Origin: Verrucomicrobiota bacterium | GTDB taxonomy: Bacteria > Verrucomicrobiota > Verrucomicrobiia > Opitutales > Opitutaceae | Assembly: GCA_041691855.1 (NCBI GenBank) | Contig: JBEPTW010000001.1 | Span: forward strand, 14,215 to 78,214 | DNA: 64,000 nt | Direction: 5' to 3' | Shown here: positions 1 through 9,354 of the stretch, piece after piece | Layout: the number at the start of each line of letters is the position of its first letter | Position numbering within the stretch: position 1 is the first letter of the stretch | The notes under the pieces: model-generated | What the model was told of the DNA's origin: nothing | The model's database searches: none | Seen by the model: only the letters and a program-made list of their open reading frames with translations | Program-made: the position numbers and the translations under genes

Positions 1-370
1 AGTAATCGGGGTGACGCCCGAAGGAGTTTTGGTTGTCAAGCAGGTGCTGGGAGCGCGTCTGCCGGAAGGCACGGATACGAGTGAACTTCTGCCGCCCACA
101 CTGATTCCGTGGCCGTCGCGTTTTTTGCGCTGTGATCGCGATCATGCACGGCTGGCATTCGTGCGGGATCGCGCGTGGCTCGTGGCGGACACCCATGATC
201 GCAATGTCGTGCGTCTTGGCGACGGCTCGGTGCGGATCATTGATGTGGTTGCGGCCACCGTGAATGAAACCCTGACCGGTCATCATCCCTTGCTGGTCGA
301 CTGGCTGGCGCGGGCGCGACTCGATCCGGAAGCGCCATTGCTGGCGAATGTCAGTGACGCGGAATTATGA
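1..370 (+). CDS. 3' part of a kinase-like protein (resembles the polyvalent-protein Ser/Thr/Tyr kinase family), truncated by the window start
   Basis: Frame is open from position 2. LVVKQ, then a DTHDRNV catalytic-loop-like motif (cf. DLHxxN), then DGSVRIIDV (metal-binding D). Confidence 0.55.
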   Translation, partial: VIGVTPEGVLVVKQVLGARLPEGTDTSELLPPTLIPWPSRFLRCDRDHARLAFVRDRAWLVADTHDRNVVRLGDGSVRIIDVVAATVNETLTGHHPLLVDWLARARLDPEAPLLANVSDAEL

Positions 371-401
371 AAACAAAAAGGCCGCAACTTTTGTTGCGGC
401 C
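371..401 (-). terminator. Intrinsic terminator for bcp (possibly bidirectional)
   Basis: Perfect hairpin ggccgcaac-tttt-gttgcggcc (380-401) preceded by an A-run (U-run on the minus strand), between convergent genes. Confidence 0.75.
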
Positions 402-431
402 GAGAATGGTGATTGAATCAGGCGGCAATAA

Positions 432-956
432 TCATGCGCCGAGCTTGCTCAGTTCTGCCAGTACGTCCTGAGCTTGTTTTTCGGTGGAGGCTTTGTAGTC
501 GGCCCACACAATTTTTCCATTTTTATCGACGAGGTAAGCTTGACGGGTGGCGAGGCTCGTCATCGGAATAGTCGGCACTTCGAAGGCTTTCATTACCGCA
601 TTGTCGGTGTCGGCGATCAAGGTGAAGGGCAGGTGGTATTTTTCCTTAAAAGCTTTTTGAGCGGCGACGCCGTCGTGGCTCACGCCGATAACCGTGACGC
701 CCTTCTTGGTGAGTGCAGCATACGCGTCGCGCAAGCTGCAACCCTGCTTCGTGCAGCCCGGTGTGTCGGCTTTCGGATAAAAATAAACGAGCGTGTAACC
801 GTTTTTATAGACGTCAGCGAAATCGAGTTTCGCGCCGGTTTCAGTGGTGCCGGAAATGGCGGGAGCGGCATCGCCCGCTTTGAGCGATTCGGCGTTCGAT
901 TGCGTGAAAAATGTCATGGCAGCGATGAGAAGGATAGAGAGCTGGGTAACTTTCAT
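432..956 (-). CDS. bcp: Peroxiredoxin, BCP/PrxQ type, with N-terminal signal peptide
   Basis: YFYPKADTPGCTKQGC peroxidatic motif (PxxxTxxC) plus resolving Cys; hydrophobic N-terminus ending SNA. Confidence 0.9.
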   Translation of the reverse strand: MKVTQLSILLIAAMTFFTQSNAESLKAGDAAPAISGTTETGAKLDFADVYKNGYTLVYFYPKADTPGCTKQGCSLRDAYAALTKKGVTVIGVSHDGVAAQKAFKEKYHLPFTLIADTDNAVMKAFEVPTIPMTSLATRQAYLVDKNGKIVWADYKASTEKQAQDVLAELSKLGA

Positions 957-1173
957 GGGAGGGTATCCTACTCAGGGTTCATGGGTTAGCAAGTGACCTT
1001 GGAAATAAAAACGCGGAGGTCGGACAATTTACCGGTATAACGGTTCCGGGAAAGTCACCAGTTTTAGCAATTTATTTCGTATGCGGAACATTCATGGGAA
1101 ACGCGGGTTTATTGAATCTTATCGTTCCGAATATCGATTCGGAGCGATAACCAAACAAAGAACTAAGAACACC

Positions 1174-1806
1174 ATGAAACAGACAATAATCATTAAATCA
1201 CTCCTCATCGCCGGGGCTACTTTGCTCGGCTTCGCGGCCACCACCCGCGCGCAAGATCCCGTGCCAGCTACTGGCAAGATGGGCTTGCTCGGCCAGACCT
1301 ACGCAGGTTTGGATTATAGCTACATCAATTTGAAGGATGCTCCGGTCAACGCCCAGTCGTTCGGCTTCGAGTACAATCAGGCACTCAGTGCCGGCTTTGA
1401 CGGTTTACTGACCTACGATTGGACGCAGTCCGGCGCCGTGGCAGGTGACCGTGCGCGTCAGCAGACGATTGGCGGAGCTCTCCGTGCATTCAGTACTTCC
1501 TACGCATGGGGCAAACCCTACGTTGAAGCCGGTGGCGGCTGGACGTGGGTTAAATACGCCGGAATCCACGACAACTCAGTTGTCTGGGAAGTCGCGGTTG
1601 GCACAGAATTCCAAGTGGCGCCCAAGGTTACCGTTACGCCCTACGTGCGGTACGAAGACGCTCCGAGTCTCGACGACGGCGATACGTGGAACGTCGGCGT
1701 GAAGGCCAACTATTGGGTCAACCCCCAGTGGGCGGTAACGGCCGGCATCAACTACGATGACAGCCACGACACGGCTTTCACGGTTGGGACCAACTTCCGC
1801 TTCTAA
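1174..1806 (+). CDS. Small outer-membrane beta-barrel protein (OmpA-like/porin family)
   Basis: Signal peptide, alternating aromatic beta-strands, C-terminal TNFRF (BAM signal). ATG at 1174 preferred over 1081. Confidence 0.8.
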   Translation: MKQTIIIKSLLIAGATLLGFAATTRAQDPVPATGKMGLLGQTYAGLDYSYINLKDAPVNAQSFGFEYNQALSAGFDGLLTYDWTQSGAVAGDRARQQTIGGALRAFSTSYAWGKPYVEAGGGWTWVKYAGIHDNSVVWEVAVGTEFQVAPKVTVTPYVRYEDAPSLDDGDTWNVGVKANYWVNPQWAVTAGINYDDSHDTAFTVGTNFRF

Positions 1807-1843
1807 TCATAAAACCAATTCTGCGTTAAGCAGAGTGGGTGCG

Positions 1844-1875
1844 ACCGCGGTGCAGCAATGCGCCGCGGTTTTTTT
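1844..1875 (+). terminator. Intrinsic terminator
   Basis: accgcggtgca-gcaa-tgcgccgcggt hairpin followed by a T-run. Confidence 0.75.
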
Positions 1876-1963
1876 GCGCGTAGCGCGCGAAACGCATTCT
1901 TGAATGTAAACTAATAGAATACTTAGAGCCGCGTCGACGCAGGACGCATGCGCGCTCGGCGAC

Positions 1964-2377
1964 TCAGATATAATACATCTCCGTCGGATTCTTGGTGGCC
2001 AGACGGTCAAGCGTGTAGCTTTTCGTTTTTTCCACCAAGCCCTCACTGATTTCATCCCAGATTTGTTTCAGCCGATGGCCGCTGCGGCCTTGGAAATTAC
2101 CGCTGAGGTGGAGGCAGCCTCCTTCCACGGCCATGAGAATATCGTACAATGAAATTTCCCCGGGCGGTCGCGCCATTGTGTAGCCGCCCTGGTTGCCGCG
2201 GCGGCTCTCGATCAAACCGTGTTCGCGTAGTTGGCCGAGGATTTGCGCGAGAAAATTTGCGGGCACCGCCTCGGTCTTCGCCAGATGGTCGATTTGCGCC
2301 AGCGTCCCCGATCCGTAAAGCCGGGCCAGCTCCGCCATCACTCGGCAGGCATAGTCGACTTTGAGGGAAATTTTCAC
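1964..2377 (-). CDS. Rrf2-family transcriptional regulator (CymR-like), last gene of the cys operon
   Basis: KVDYACRVMAEL, LAQILGQL and SRRGNQGGY wHTH motifs; lacks the IscR three-Cys cluster ligands. Confidence 0.9.
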   Translation of the reverse strand: MKISLKVDYACRVMAELARLYGSGTLAQIDHLAKTEAVPANFLAQILGQLREHGLIESRRGNQGGYTMARPPGEISLYDILMAVEGGCLHLSGNFQGRSGHRLKQIWDEISEGLVEKTKSYTLDRLATKNPTEMYYI

Positions 2378-2409
2378 GGGGAAAATATTTCGCGTCGGTC
2401 GAACGCTTC

Positions 2410-3777
2410 CTAAATGGCGTAGTCGCCGCTTTCGGGTTTTACGTATTCCGTCGGGATCAGAAACATTCCCGCAGCCACCGTGGCATTGGTGCCTTGCTCA
2501 ATCAGAATAAATGAGCCGGTGAGCCGATTGGTGGTGTAAGCGTCGTGATAAACCGGATGAGCGAGCTGAAGACGGATTTCTCCCAGATCGTTCATCGCGA
2601 GCGACGCTGGCGCGGACTCGGGATCGAGGGTTTCGATGTTGAGGCGATGTACAATGTCGGTGACGACGACTTGCACCGTATGGCTCGTGTGTTTTAGGAA
2701 ATATTTTTTCCCGCGCTGCAGCGGACGCGGATGCATCCAGCAAACCTTCCCGAACAGATCCGTGCCGGTTCCGACGGGTTGCTCAAGATCCACGATCATC
2801 GAACCGCGGCTGATATCGATGTCGTGCTCGAGCACGAGCGTGACGGATTGCGGGCTGAACGCCTCCTGCAACGGACCATCCAACGTATGGATTTCCTTCA
2901 CCGTCGTGACGAGACCGGCTGGGAGTGCCATCACTTTTTGGCCAACCTTGATAATGCCGCCGGCGATCTGCCCGGAAAAACCGCGGAAATCATGAAGGCG
3001 TTTGTCTTTCGGATCATTCGGGCGGTTGACCCACTGGACCGGAAGGCGGAAGCCATCCAGGTTCCAATCGCTGCCGATGTGAATCGTCTCAAGATAACTG
3101 AGCAGCGGCGGGCCGGGATACCATGGCGTATTAGCCGAGGCCGTGACGACGTTGTCGCCATTGAGCGCACTGATCGGAATAAACTTAACATCCTTGAGGT
3201 CGAGGCGCGGCAGAAATTCCTCGAACTGCGTCCGGATTTCATTGAAGCGGGCTTCGCTCCAACCGACGAGATCCATCTTGTTCACGGCGACGATCAAATG
3301 CGGAATGCGCAACAGCGACGCGATCGCGGTGTGGCGGCGGCTCTGCTCGATGACGCCCAGACGCGCATCGACGAGCACAATGGAAACGTTGGCGTTGCTC
3401 GCGCCCGTGACCATGTTGCGCGTGTATTGAATATGGCCCGGGGTGTCGGCGATGATGAACTTCCGCTTCGGCGTCGCGAAGTAGCGATAGGCGACGTCGA
3501 TCGTGATCCCTTGTTCGCGTTCTGCGCGCAATCCGTCGGTGAGATTGGCGAGATTGATCTGCCCGCCGCCGGTGATATCGGCCGAGCGTTCGAGGGCCTC
3601 GATCTGATCTTCCATCAACGATTTTGAATCGTAGAGGAGACGTCCGATCAGCGTGGACTTGCCGTCGTCAACGCTGCCGCACGTGTTGAAGCGCAGGATG
3701 TCGATCGGCAGGGGCGCAGCGGGCCGAGCGGACGAGGCAGAAAGTTCGGACAGAGAAGGTGAGGGTGAAGCGACCAC
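2410..3777 (-). CDS. cysN: Sulfate adenylyltransferase subunit 1 (GTPase), no fused APS kinase
   Basis: CGSVDDGKSTLIGRLL, EREQGITIDVAY, DTPGH, NKMD. Start estimated at GTG 3777; the ORF is open to 3894. Confidence 0.95.
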   Translation of the reverse strand: MVASPSPSLSELSASSARPAAPLPIDILRFNTCGSVDDGKSTLIGRLLYDSKSLMEDQIEALERSADITGGGQINLANLTDGLRAEREQGITIDVAYRYFATPKRKFIIADTPGHIQYTRNMVTGASNANVSIVLVDARLGVIEQSRRHTAIASLLRIPHLIVAVNKMDLVGWSEARFNEIRTQFEEFLPRLDLKDVKFIPISALNGDNVVTASANTPWYPGPPLLSYLETIHIGSDWNLDGFRLPVQWVNRPNDPKDKRLHDFRGFSGQIAGGIIKVGQKVMALPAGLVTTVKEIHTLDGPLQEAFSPQSVTLVLEHDIDISRGSMIVDLEQPVGTGTDLFGKVCWMHPRPLQRGKKYFLKHTSHTVQVVVTDIVHRLNIETLDPESAPASLAMNDLGEIRLQLAHPVYHDAYTTNRLTGSFILIEQGTNATVAAGMFLIPTEYVKPESGDYAI

Positions 3778-3823
3778 GGTGTTAATTGGAAATTGAGCAA
3801 TGCGCAGGGCTGAAATGGGCGGT

Positions 3824-4726
3824 TTAGAAATAACCGGCTTTCTTGCGGTCTTCCATGGCGGCCTCGGACGACTTGTCGTCGGCGCGCGAGCCACGTTCGG
3901 TCACGCGGGCGGCGGCGATTTCCGCGATGATGTCGTCCACGGTGGTCGCGGGTGATTCGACGCAACCCGTGCTGATGATATCGCCGATGGTGCGAACGCG
4001 CACGACGAGATCGCGGACTTCTTCGCGCGGTTTTGGCGGCACGAGGGCATTCACCGGCAGCCATTGGCCACCGCGACGGACGCACTGGCGTTTGTGACTG
4101 AAGTAGATGCTCGGAACTTCCAGTTTCTCTTGGCGGATATATTCCCACACGTCCATTTCCGTCCAATTGCTCAACGGAAACACGCGCATGTTTTCACCGG
4201 GGTTGAGGCGGCCGTTGTAGAGATTCCAGATTTCCGGGCGTTGATTTTTTGGGTCCCATTGGCCGAAGCTGTCGCGGAAACTAAAGAAGCGTTCCTTGGC
4301 GCGGGCTTTTTCCTCGTCGCGGCGGGCGCCGCCGATGCAGCAATCGAAACGAAATTCCTCGATCGCAGCGAGCAGCGTGGGAATTTGCAGACGATTCCGG
4401 CTGATTTCGCCCGGAGACGGCGTAGCGATGCCTTTGGCGATCGCATCCTCCACTGTCCTGATGATGAGCTTGCCGCCGAGTTCCTTGGCGCGGCGATCGC
4501 GGAATTCGTTCAGCTCCGGAAAATGATGGCCGGTATCCACATTGAGCAAAGGGGTGGGAAATTCCGATGGACGGAACGCTTTTTCCGCCAAGCGCAGCAA
4601 GCAGATCGAATCTTTGCCGCCGGAAAACAGCAAAGCGGGGCGTTCGAATTCGCCCGCCACTTCGCGCATGATGTGAATCGCTTCGGTTTCGAGATGTTGA
4701 AGATGATCGAGATGGTAAGAGGTCAC
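3824..4726 (-). CDS. cysD: Sulfate adenylyltransferase subunit 2
   Basis: LETEAIHIMREV, FSGGKDS, GGARRDEEKARAKER, MEDRKKAGYF. Confidence 0.97.
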   Translation of the reverse strand: MTSYHLDHLQHLETEAIHIMREVAGEFERPALLFSGGKDSICLLRLAEKAFRPSEFPTPLLNVDTGHHFPELNEFRDRRAKELGGKLIIRTVEDAIAKGIATPSPGEISRNRLQIPTLLAAIEEFRFDCCIGGARRDEEKARAKERFFSFRDSFGQWDPKNQRPEIWNLYNGRLNPGENMRVFPLSNWTEMDVWEYIRQEKLEVPSIYFSHKRQCVRRGGQWLPVNALVPPKPREEVRDLVVRVRTIGDIISTGCVESPATTVDDIIAEIAAARVTERGSRADDKSSEAAMEDRKKAGYF

Positions 4727-4759
4727 AAAATTGAATTATCTGTTATATACCCAAGCGGT

Positions 4760-5422
4760 TCAGGAGGCCGCGACTGCCGCAGCTTTGCCCCACGCGGCGT
4801 GCAGCCCGCATTCGCGTTTTTCGTCGGCTTTGGCGGGGTCGAAATAATCCCATTCGTTTGGCAGTTTGTGCTCGGCCAGATACGCATCGAGCTGCGCGTC
4901 GGTGTGATAAAAAAACGGACTGACTTTCAACGCGCCGAAATTGGCGTCGTGCGAGATTATATCCAAGCCGGCGCGATTCGGATTTTGCACCTTGCGCAAC
5001 GCAGTAATCCAGACGGTCGGCGCGAGCTCGCGCATGCCGCGTTGAAATGGCTCCAGCTTCATGACGGCGCTGAACTTTTTCAAACCGGTCTCGTCCTCCG
5101 TCGTGGGGATCGGACCATGGATCGCGTCGCGATGTGCGGCCGTCATGCGCGGCAGATATGGTTTGAGATTCAAACTGAATCGCGCGCGCAACTCTTCGGC
5201 GTGCTTGTAGGTCGCCGGCCGGTTGTATCCGTGATCAACCCACAACACTGGAATATCGGCCTGCGCCTGGACGGAGAGATGCAGAATGGCGGCTTCATAC
5301 GGGCGGAAATTCGTCGAGACCAAGGCGCGGCCTTTCGCCTGCGCGATCGCCCAGCGGACGATTTCCAGCGGTGATTTGGTGCGCAACTCGGTGTTGAGTG
5401 CGGAAAGTTCGGCGTCGGTCAT
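4760..5422 (-). CDS. cysH: PAPS/APS reductase family protein
   Basis: STNFRPYEA, VDHGY, WITALR and C-terminal ECGLH; no CC/CxxC Fe-S ligands. Confidence 0.9.
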   Translation of the reverse strand: MTDAELSALNTELRTKSPLEIVRWAIAQAKGRALVSTNFRPYEAAILHLSVQAQADIPVLWVDHGYNRPATYKHAEELRARFSLNLKPYLPRMTAAHRDAIHGPIPTTEDETGLKKFSAVMKLEPFQRGMRELAPTVWITALRKVQNPNRAGLDIISHDANFGALKVSPFFYHTDAQLDAYLAEHKLPNEWDYFDPAKADEKRECGLHAAWGKAAAVAAS

Positions 5423-5433
5423 GTTCGTTGAAT

Positions 5434-7158
5434 TCAGTTGGTGGCGGTAGGAGCCGGAGCACTGGCGACAGCTGCTGCAACCGCCGCCGCTTGTTCGGGG
5501 AGAATGACGCGCGAGCAGAAGTCGCCAAAACGTTCGGTCCCGTTGCGCTCGTTTTTCCAGCGCAGGAAAAGTGGCCGGAGTTCCGCTTCGATCTCGGGAT
5601 CTTTAACGGTGTCCTTGAAAACACGATTGAGGCGTGTCCCGGAAGCGTTGCCGCCGAGCCAGAGTTGATAGCGGCCGGGCGCTTTGCCCACAAAAGCGAT
5701 TTCCGCCATGTAAGGCCGGGCGCAACCATTCGGACAGCCGGTCGAGCGGATGATGATTTCTTCACCGCCCAAACCCAGTTCGCCGCCAAGTTTTTCGATG
5801 CGATCGATCAAGCCGGGTAACATGCGTTCGGATTCTGCCAGCCCCAGACCGCAAGTTGGCATGGATGGGCAAGCCATCGAAGCGGCGTGCAGCACACTGG
5901 CTTGCTGCTCGACCTTCACGCCGTGCGAAGCGAGCAACGCCGTGATGCCGGCGCGGTCGGAATCGGGCACGTTGGCGAGAATGACGTTCTGGTTGGCCGA
6001 CAAACGAAATTCGATGTGCGGGAATTTTTCCGCGACTTGGCGTAAAGCCGTTTTTTGGGCGTGACCTGCGACGTCTTTGATCCGGCCCGTTTCGACAAAA
6101 AGAGTGAGAAACTGGGAACCGTCCACCGCACGATGCCAGCCGTAAAGGTCGCCCGTGGTCGTAAATTTATAAGGGCGAGCCGCGCCCAACGTGAGCCCGG
6201 CGCGTTGATTGATTTCGTTGCGGACGAAATCCACGCCACGATCTTCGAGGACGTATTTGAACCGGGCGTGCTTGCGGTTGGCGCGGTCGCCAAAATCGCG
6301 GAAGGTCGTGAGCACCGCTTTTGCGATGTCGATGACGTTCTCGGGGGCAATGAATCCGATTACGTCCGCGAGCCGGGGGAACGTCTGGACGTTGCCGTGA
6401 CTGCGGCCCATGCCGCCGCCGACTGCGACATTGTAGCCAATGAGCTTATCGTTCTCAACGACGGCGATGAACCCGAGGTCATTGGTGAAAATGTCCATGT
6501 CGTTCACCGGCGGGACGACGAAGGAGATCTTGAATTTGCGCGGCAGATAGGTCTGGCCGTACAGCGGGTCGGTGAAATTTTTGTTCTCGGCGTCCTCGAG
6601 GTCCAACTGGACGTTGTCGATCCAGATGGCGTGATAGGCCTTGGTGATCGGCGCGAGGGCATAGGCCGTGCGCAGGGAGTCGGCGTAAACCTGCTCGCGG
6701 GCCTTGGTGATGGACGGAGTGGGTGAGGCCGTGACGTTGCGATTGACGTCGCCGCAGGCCGCGAGAGTCGACAACAGCGATTCGTTGATCTTCTTGATCA
6801 GGGCGCCTAAGCCGGACTTTACGACCCCGTGAAATTGAATGCACTGCCGCGTTGTGACGCGCAGCGTATTGTTACCGTAATTCGTCGCGAGGTCGTCGAA
6901 CACGGTCCATTGTTTTGCCGTCATGACCCCGCCGGGAATGCGGCTGCGGATCATCATAATATATTTCTTGGCGGTTTTACGCAGATCGCGGTCATCCTGC
7001 TGGTAGATGCCGTGGAATTTCGTGAATTGGGTGTCGTCCTCGGAAAAACGATCCAAGGTGGGATCGGCCAAAGTAGCCGCAATCTGGCCCGCAAGGGTGG
7101 GAATGCTTTGCTTGAGCTGTTCGTTCTTATTTACTGGGGCTGGTTGGATTTCGGCCAT
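5434..7158 (-). CDS. cysI: Sulfite reductase hemoprotein (siroheme/4Fe-4S)
   Basis: KFHGIYQQDDRD, TTRQCIQFHG, ACGDVNRN, MACPSMPTCGL and TGCPNGC ligands. Confidence 0.95.
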   Translation of the reverse strand: MAEIQPAPVNKNEQLKQSIPTLAGQIAATLADPTLDRFSEDDTQFTKFHGIYQQDDRDLRKTAKKYIMMIRSRIPGGVMTAKQWTVFDDLATNYGNNTLRVTTRQCIQFHGVVKSGLGALIKKINESLLSTLAACGDVNRNVTASPTPSITKAREQVYADSLRTAYALAPITKAYHAIWIDNVQLDLEDAENKNFTDPLYGQTYLPRKFKISFVVPPVNDMDIFTNDLGFIAVVENDKLIGYNVAVGGGMGRSHGNVQTFPRLADVIGFIAPENVIDIAKAVLTTFRDFGDRANRKHARFKYVLEDRGVDFVRNEINQRAGLTLGAARPYKFTTTGDLYGWHRAVDGSQFLTLFVETGRIKDVAGHAQKTALRQVAEKFPHIEFRLSANQNVILANVPDSDRAGITALLASHGVKVEQQASVLHAASMACPSMPTCGLGLAESERMLPGLIDRIEKLGGELGLGGEEIIIRSTGCPNGCARPYMAEIAFVGKAPGRYQLWLGGNASGTRLNRVFKDTVKDPEIEAELRPLFLRWKNERNGTERFGDFCSRVILPEQAAAVAAAVASAPAPTATN

Positions 7159-7229
7159 AACTCGGGAAAAACTTGCACCGATTAGCTGGCCGGTAAAGTA
7201 TAAAAGATGTCATATCCACTAAAGAAGTC

Positions 7230-8018
7230 ATGATTGAATCAAAGACCTCACAATCAAAAGGTTTTGTCTGGATGGTCGGCGCCGGTCCCGGCGCTTCGGA
7301 CCTGATTACTGTCCGTGGGCTCAACCTGCTCCGCCGAGCGGAAGCAGTCGTGTACGATGAGCTGGCGAATCACGATTTATTGGACAATTGCCTACCCGAA
7401 TGTGAGTTGCATTCGGTGGGGAAACGAGCCGGCAGTCACAGCGCCTCGCAGGGTGATATTAACGCCCTTTTGGTCTCGCTCGCGAAGGCGGGTCGCAAAG
7501 TCGTCCGACTCAAAGGTGGCGACCCCATGATTTTCGGTCGAATCGGCGAAGAGATTGAAGCGCTGCGGGCGGCCGGACTGCCCTTTGAGATTGTACCTGG
7601 CGTGACGGCGGCGACGGCTTCGGGCGCGGTGGCGGAATTGCCTTTGACGCATCGCGATTACTCGTCGGCCGTGATTTTCATTACGGGTCACCAATGCGCG
7701 GCGAACACCTCGGCGCTCGACTGGAGTGCGTTGGCGAAATTGCGCGCAACTTTGTGCTTTTACATGGGCGTGCGACGACTCCCGGAAATCGTCCACAATC
7801 TGCTCGGCCACGGCATGCGCGCCGACATGCCTCTGGCGCTCGTGAGCGAAGCGACGTTGCCGACCCAACAAGTGCATATTGGCACGTTGCGTGACGCCGA
7901 AAGATTTTCTGCCGACCTCGCTGGTCAACCGGCATTGGTGGTCATCGGGGACGTGGTGCGGCTCTCGAGTTTTGCCGCGCGCGTACCGGAACTGCACGCG
8001 CAGATGCCGAAAGAATAA
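7230..8018 (+). CDS. cobA: Uroporphyrinogen-III C-methyltransferase (SirA/CysG-A/CobA)
   Basis: VGAGPGASDLIT, VRLKGGDPMIFGRIGEE, VPGVTA, ITGH. Confidence 0.93.
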   Translation: MIESKTSQSKGFVWMVGAGPGASDLITVRGLNLLRRAEAVVYDELANHDLLDNCLPECELHSVGKRAGSHSASQGDINALLVSLAKAGRKVVRLKGGDPMIFGRIGEEIEALRAAGLPFEIVPGVTAATASGAVAELPLTHRDYSSAVIFITGHQCAANTSALDWSALAKLRATLCFYMGVRRLPEIVHNLLGHGMRADMPLALVSEATLPTQQVHIGTLRDAERFSADLAGQPALVVIGDVVRLSSFAARVPELHAQMPKE

Positions 8019-8052
8019 ATCGCAGCAAGCGCATCGCGCCGAGTCACGGGCA

Positions 8053-8090
8053 CAAAAAAAGAGCCGGTCGAAATGATCGGCTCTTTGTCT
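8053..8090. terminator. Bidirectional intrinsic terminator
   Basis: aaagagccggtc-gaaat-gatcggctcttt hairpin with flanking A- and T-runs, between convergent genes. Confidence 0.75.
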
Positions 8091-8106
8091 CTAGATGGGT
8101 TGAAAC

Positions 8107-9354
8107 TCAGCCCTCGTATCCGGGCAGCGTCTTGTCGACGCCTTCCTTGCTGAGGCGAACATAAGATGGCAGGCCATTGTCGTACGGCACCGTCACTTCG
8201 CCTTGAATCAACGGGGTCGCATAGCGGAAGAACTGGAAGTTCAAGCTGACGCCGTCTTCGTTGACCCACTCCTTGGGTAGTTTCTTGAGATTGCCAACGA
8301 TATCGCTGAGAGCCGACAGGCCGGTCTCGCAGGTGTAGTTATCGCCATCACCACGCACGAGGGTGACGAGTTTATCGGATTCGCCGTTCACCGCGGCTTT
8401 GACGGCGGCTTGACCGACGAGGAACGCTTCATCGGCATCCGTCTTCGAAGCGAGATGCGCCGCTGACCGCTGCGTCACGCCCAAGCGGGCAACGCGGGCC
8501 TTGGCTCCAACCTGGCCTTCAACCAGATCCTTTAAATATTCGCCAATGCCGCCCAACTGGGATTCGGCCGTGCCATTGTTTTCAACGGAAACGTAATTGC
8601 CGTCCTTGTCCACGAGGCCTTCACCCGCGACGACGACGCAATGTTTCTCGCGTTTCAACACCCGGCGGACGTCCTCGACGAATTTTTCGTTGGTGAACGG
8701 AACCTCGGGCAGATAAACCAAGTGCGGCGGATCGTTTGGATGATCGCGGCGCTTGGCGAGCGAAGCACCAGCGGCGAGCCAGCCACTGTTGCGACCCATC
8801 ACTTCCATGATCGTCACCAAATCGCCCTGACCCATCGAGTCGGCATCGAGCGAGAGTTCCTTCACGGTTGCGGCGATGTACTTGATCGCGCTGCCATAAC
8901 CGGGGCAATGATCGGTGGCCGGCAGATCGTTTTCGACCGTCTTCGGAATTCCGATTACCCGCAGATCGTAGTCCTGAGCCTGCGCCGCTTCGCTGATCTT
9001 CGCGGCGGTTTCCTGGGAATCGGCGTCGCCGATGTGAAAATAAAAGCGGATATTGTGGGCCTTAAACACGGCGAGCACGCGATCGAAATCCTGGGGTTTC
9101 TTCAACTTGGTCCGGCAGGTGCCGAGCGCCGCTCCCGGCGTGGAACGGAGACCACGGATGGCCTGTTGCGATTCAGCCGCGAGGTCGACGAAATCCTCAT
9201 TCAGGAGGCCGAGCACGCCATTGAGCGAGCCGTAGATTTCCTCGATGGAAGAATGATTAAGGGCTTCGGCGACAACGCCGGCGACGCTCGCGTTGATGAC
9301 GGCCGTGGGTCCGCCAGATTGGCCGATCAGACAGTTTCCGACTAGTTCTGCCAT
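8107..9354 (-). CDS. Phosphofructokinase-family protein (PPi-type lineage) with degenerate catalytic motifs
   Basis: GQSGGPTAVIN, GTCR, EVMGR, GEG and TQR retained; GGxDS is replaced by GDADS and KTIDND by KTVEND. Confidence 0.88.
   Translation of the reverse strand: MAELVGNCLIGQSGGPTAVINASVAGVVAEALNHSSIEEIYGSLNGVLGLLNEDFVDLAAESQQAIRGLRSTPGAALGTCRTKLKKPQDFDRVLAVFKAHNIRFYFHIGDADSQETAAKISEAAQAQDYDLRVIGIPKTVENDLPATDHCPGYGSAIKYIAATVKELSLDADSMGQGDLVTIMEVMGRNSGWLAAGASLAKRRDHPNDPPHLVYLPEVPFTNEKFVEDVRRVLKREKHCVVVAGEGLVDKDGNYVSVENNGTAESQLGGIGEYLKDLVEGQVGAKARVARLGVTQRSAAHLASKTDADEAFLVGQAAVKAAVNGESDKLVTLVRGDGDNYTCETGLSALSDIVGNLKKLPKEWVNEDGVSLNFQFFRYATPLIQGEVTVPYDNGLPSYVRLSKEGVDKTLPGYEG

Noticed and set aside
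2731-8018. Long plus-strand ORFs opposite the cys genes (2731-3627, 4064-5374, 6055-6726) and minus-strand 7392-7997 opposite cobA
   Set aside because: Antisense shadows of well-supported genes in GC-rich DNA, with no recognisable motifs.
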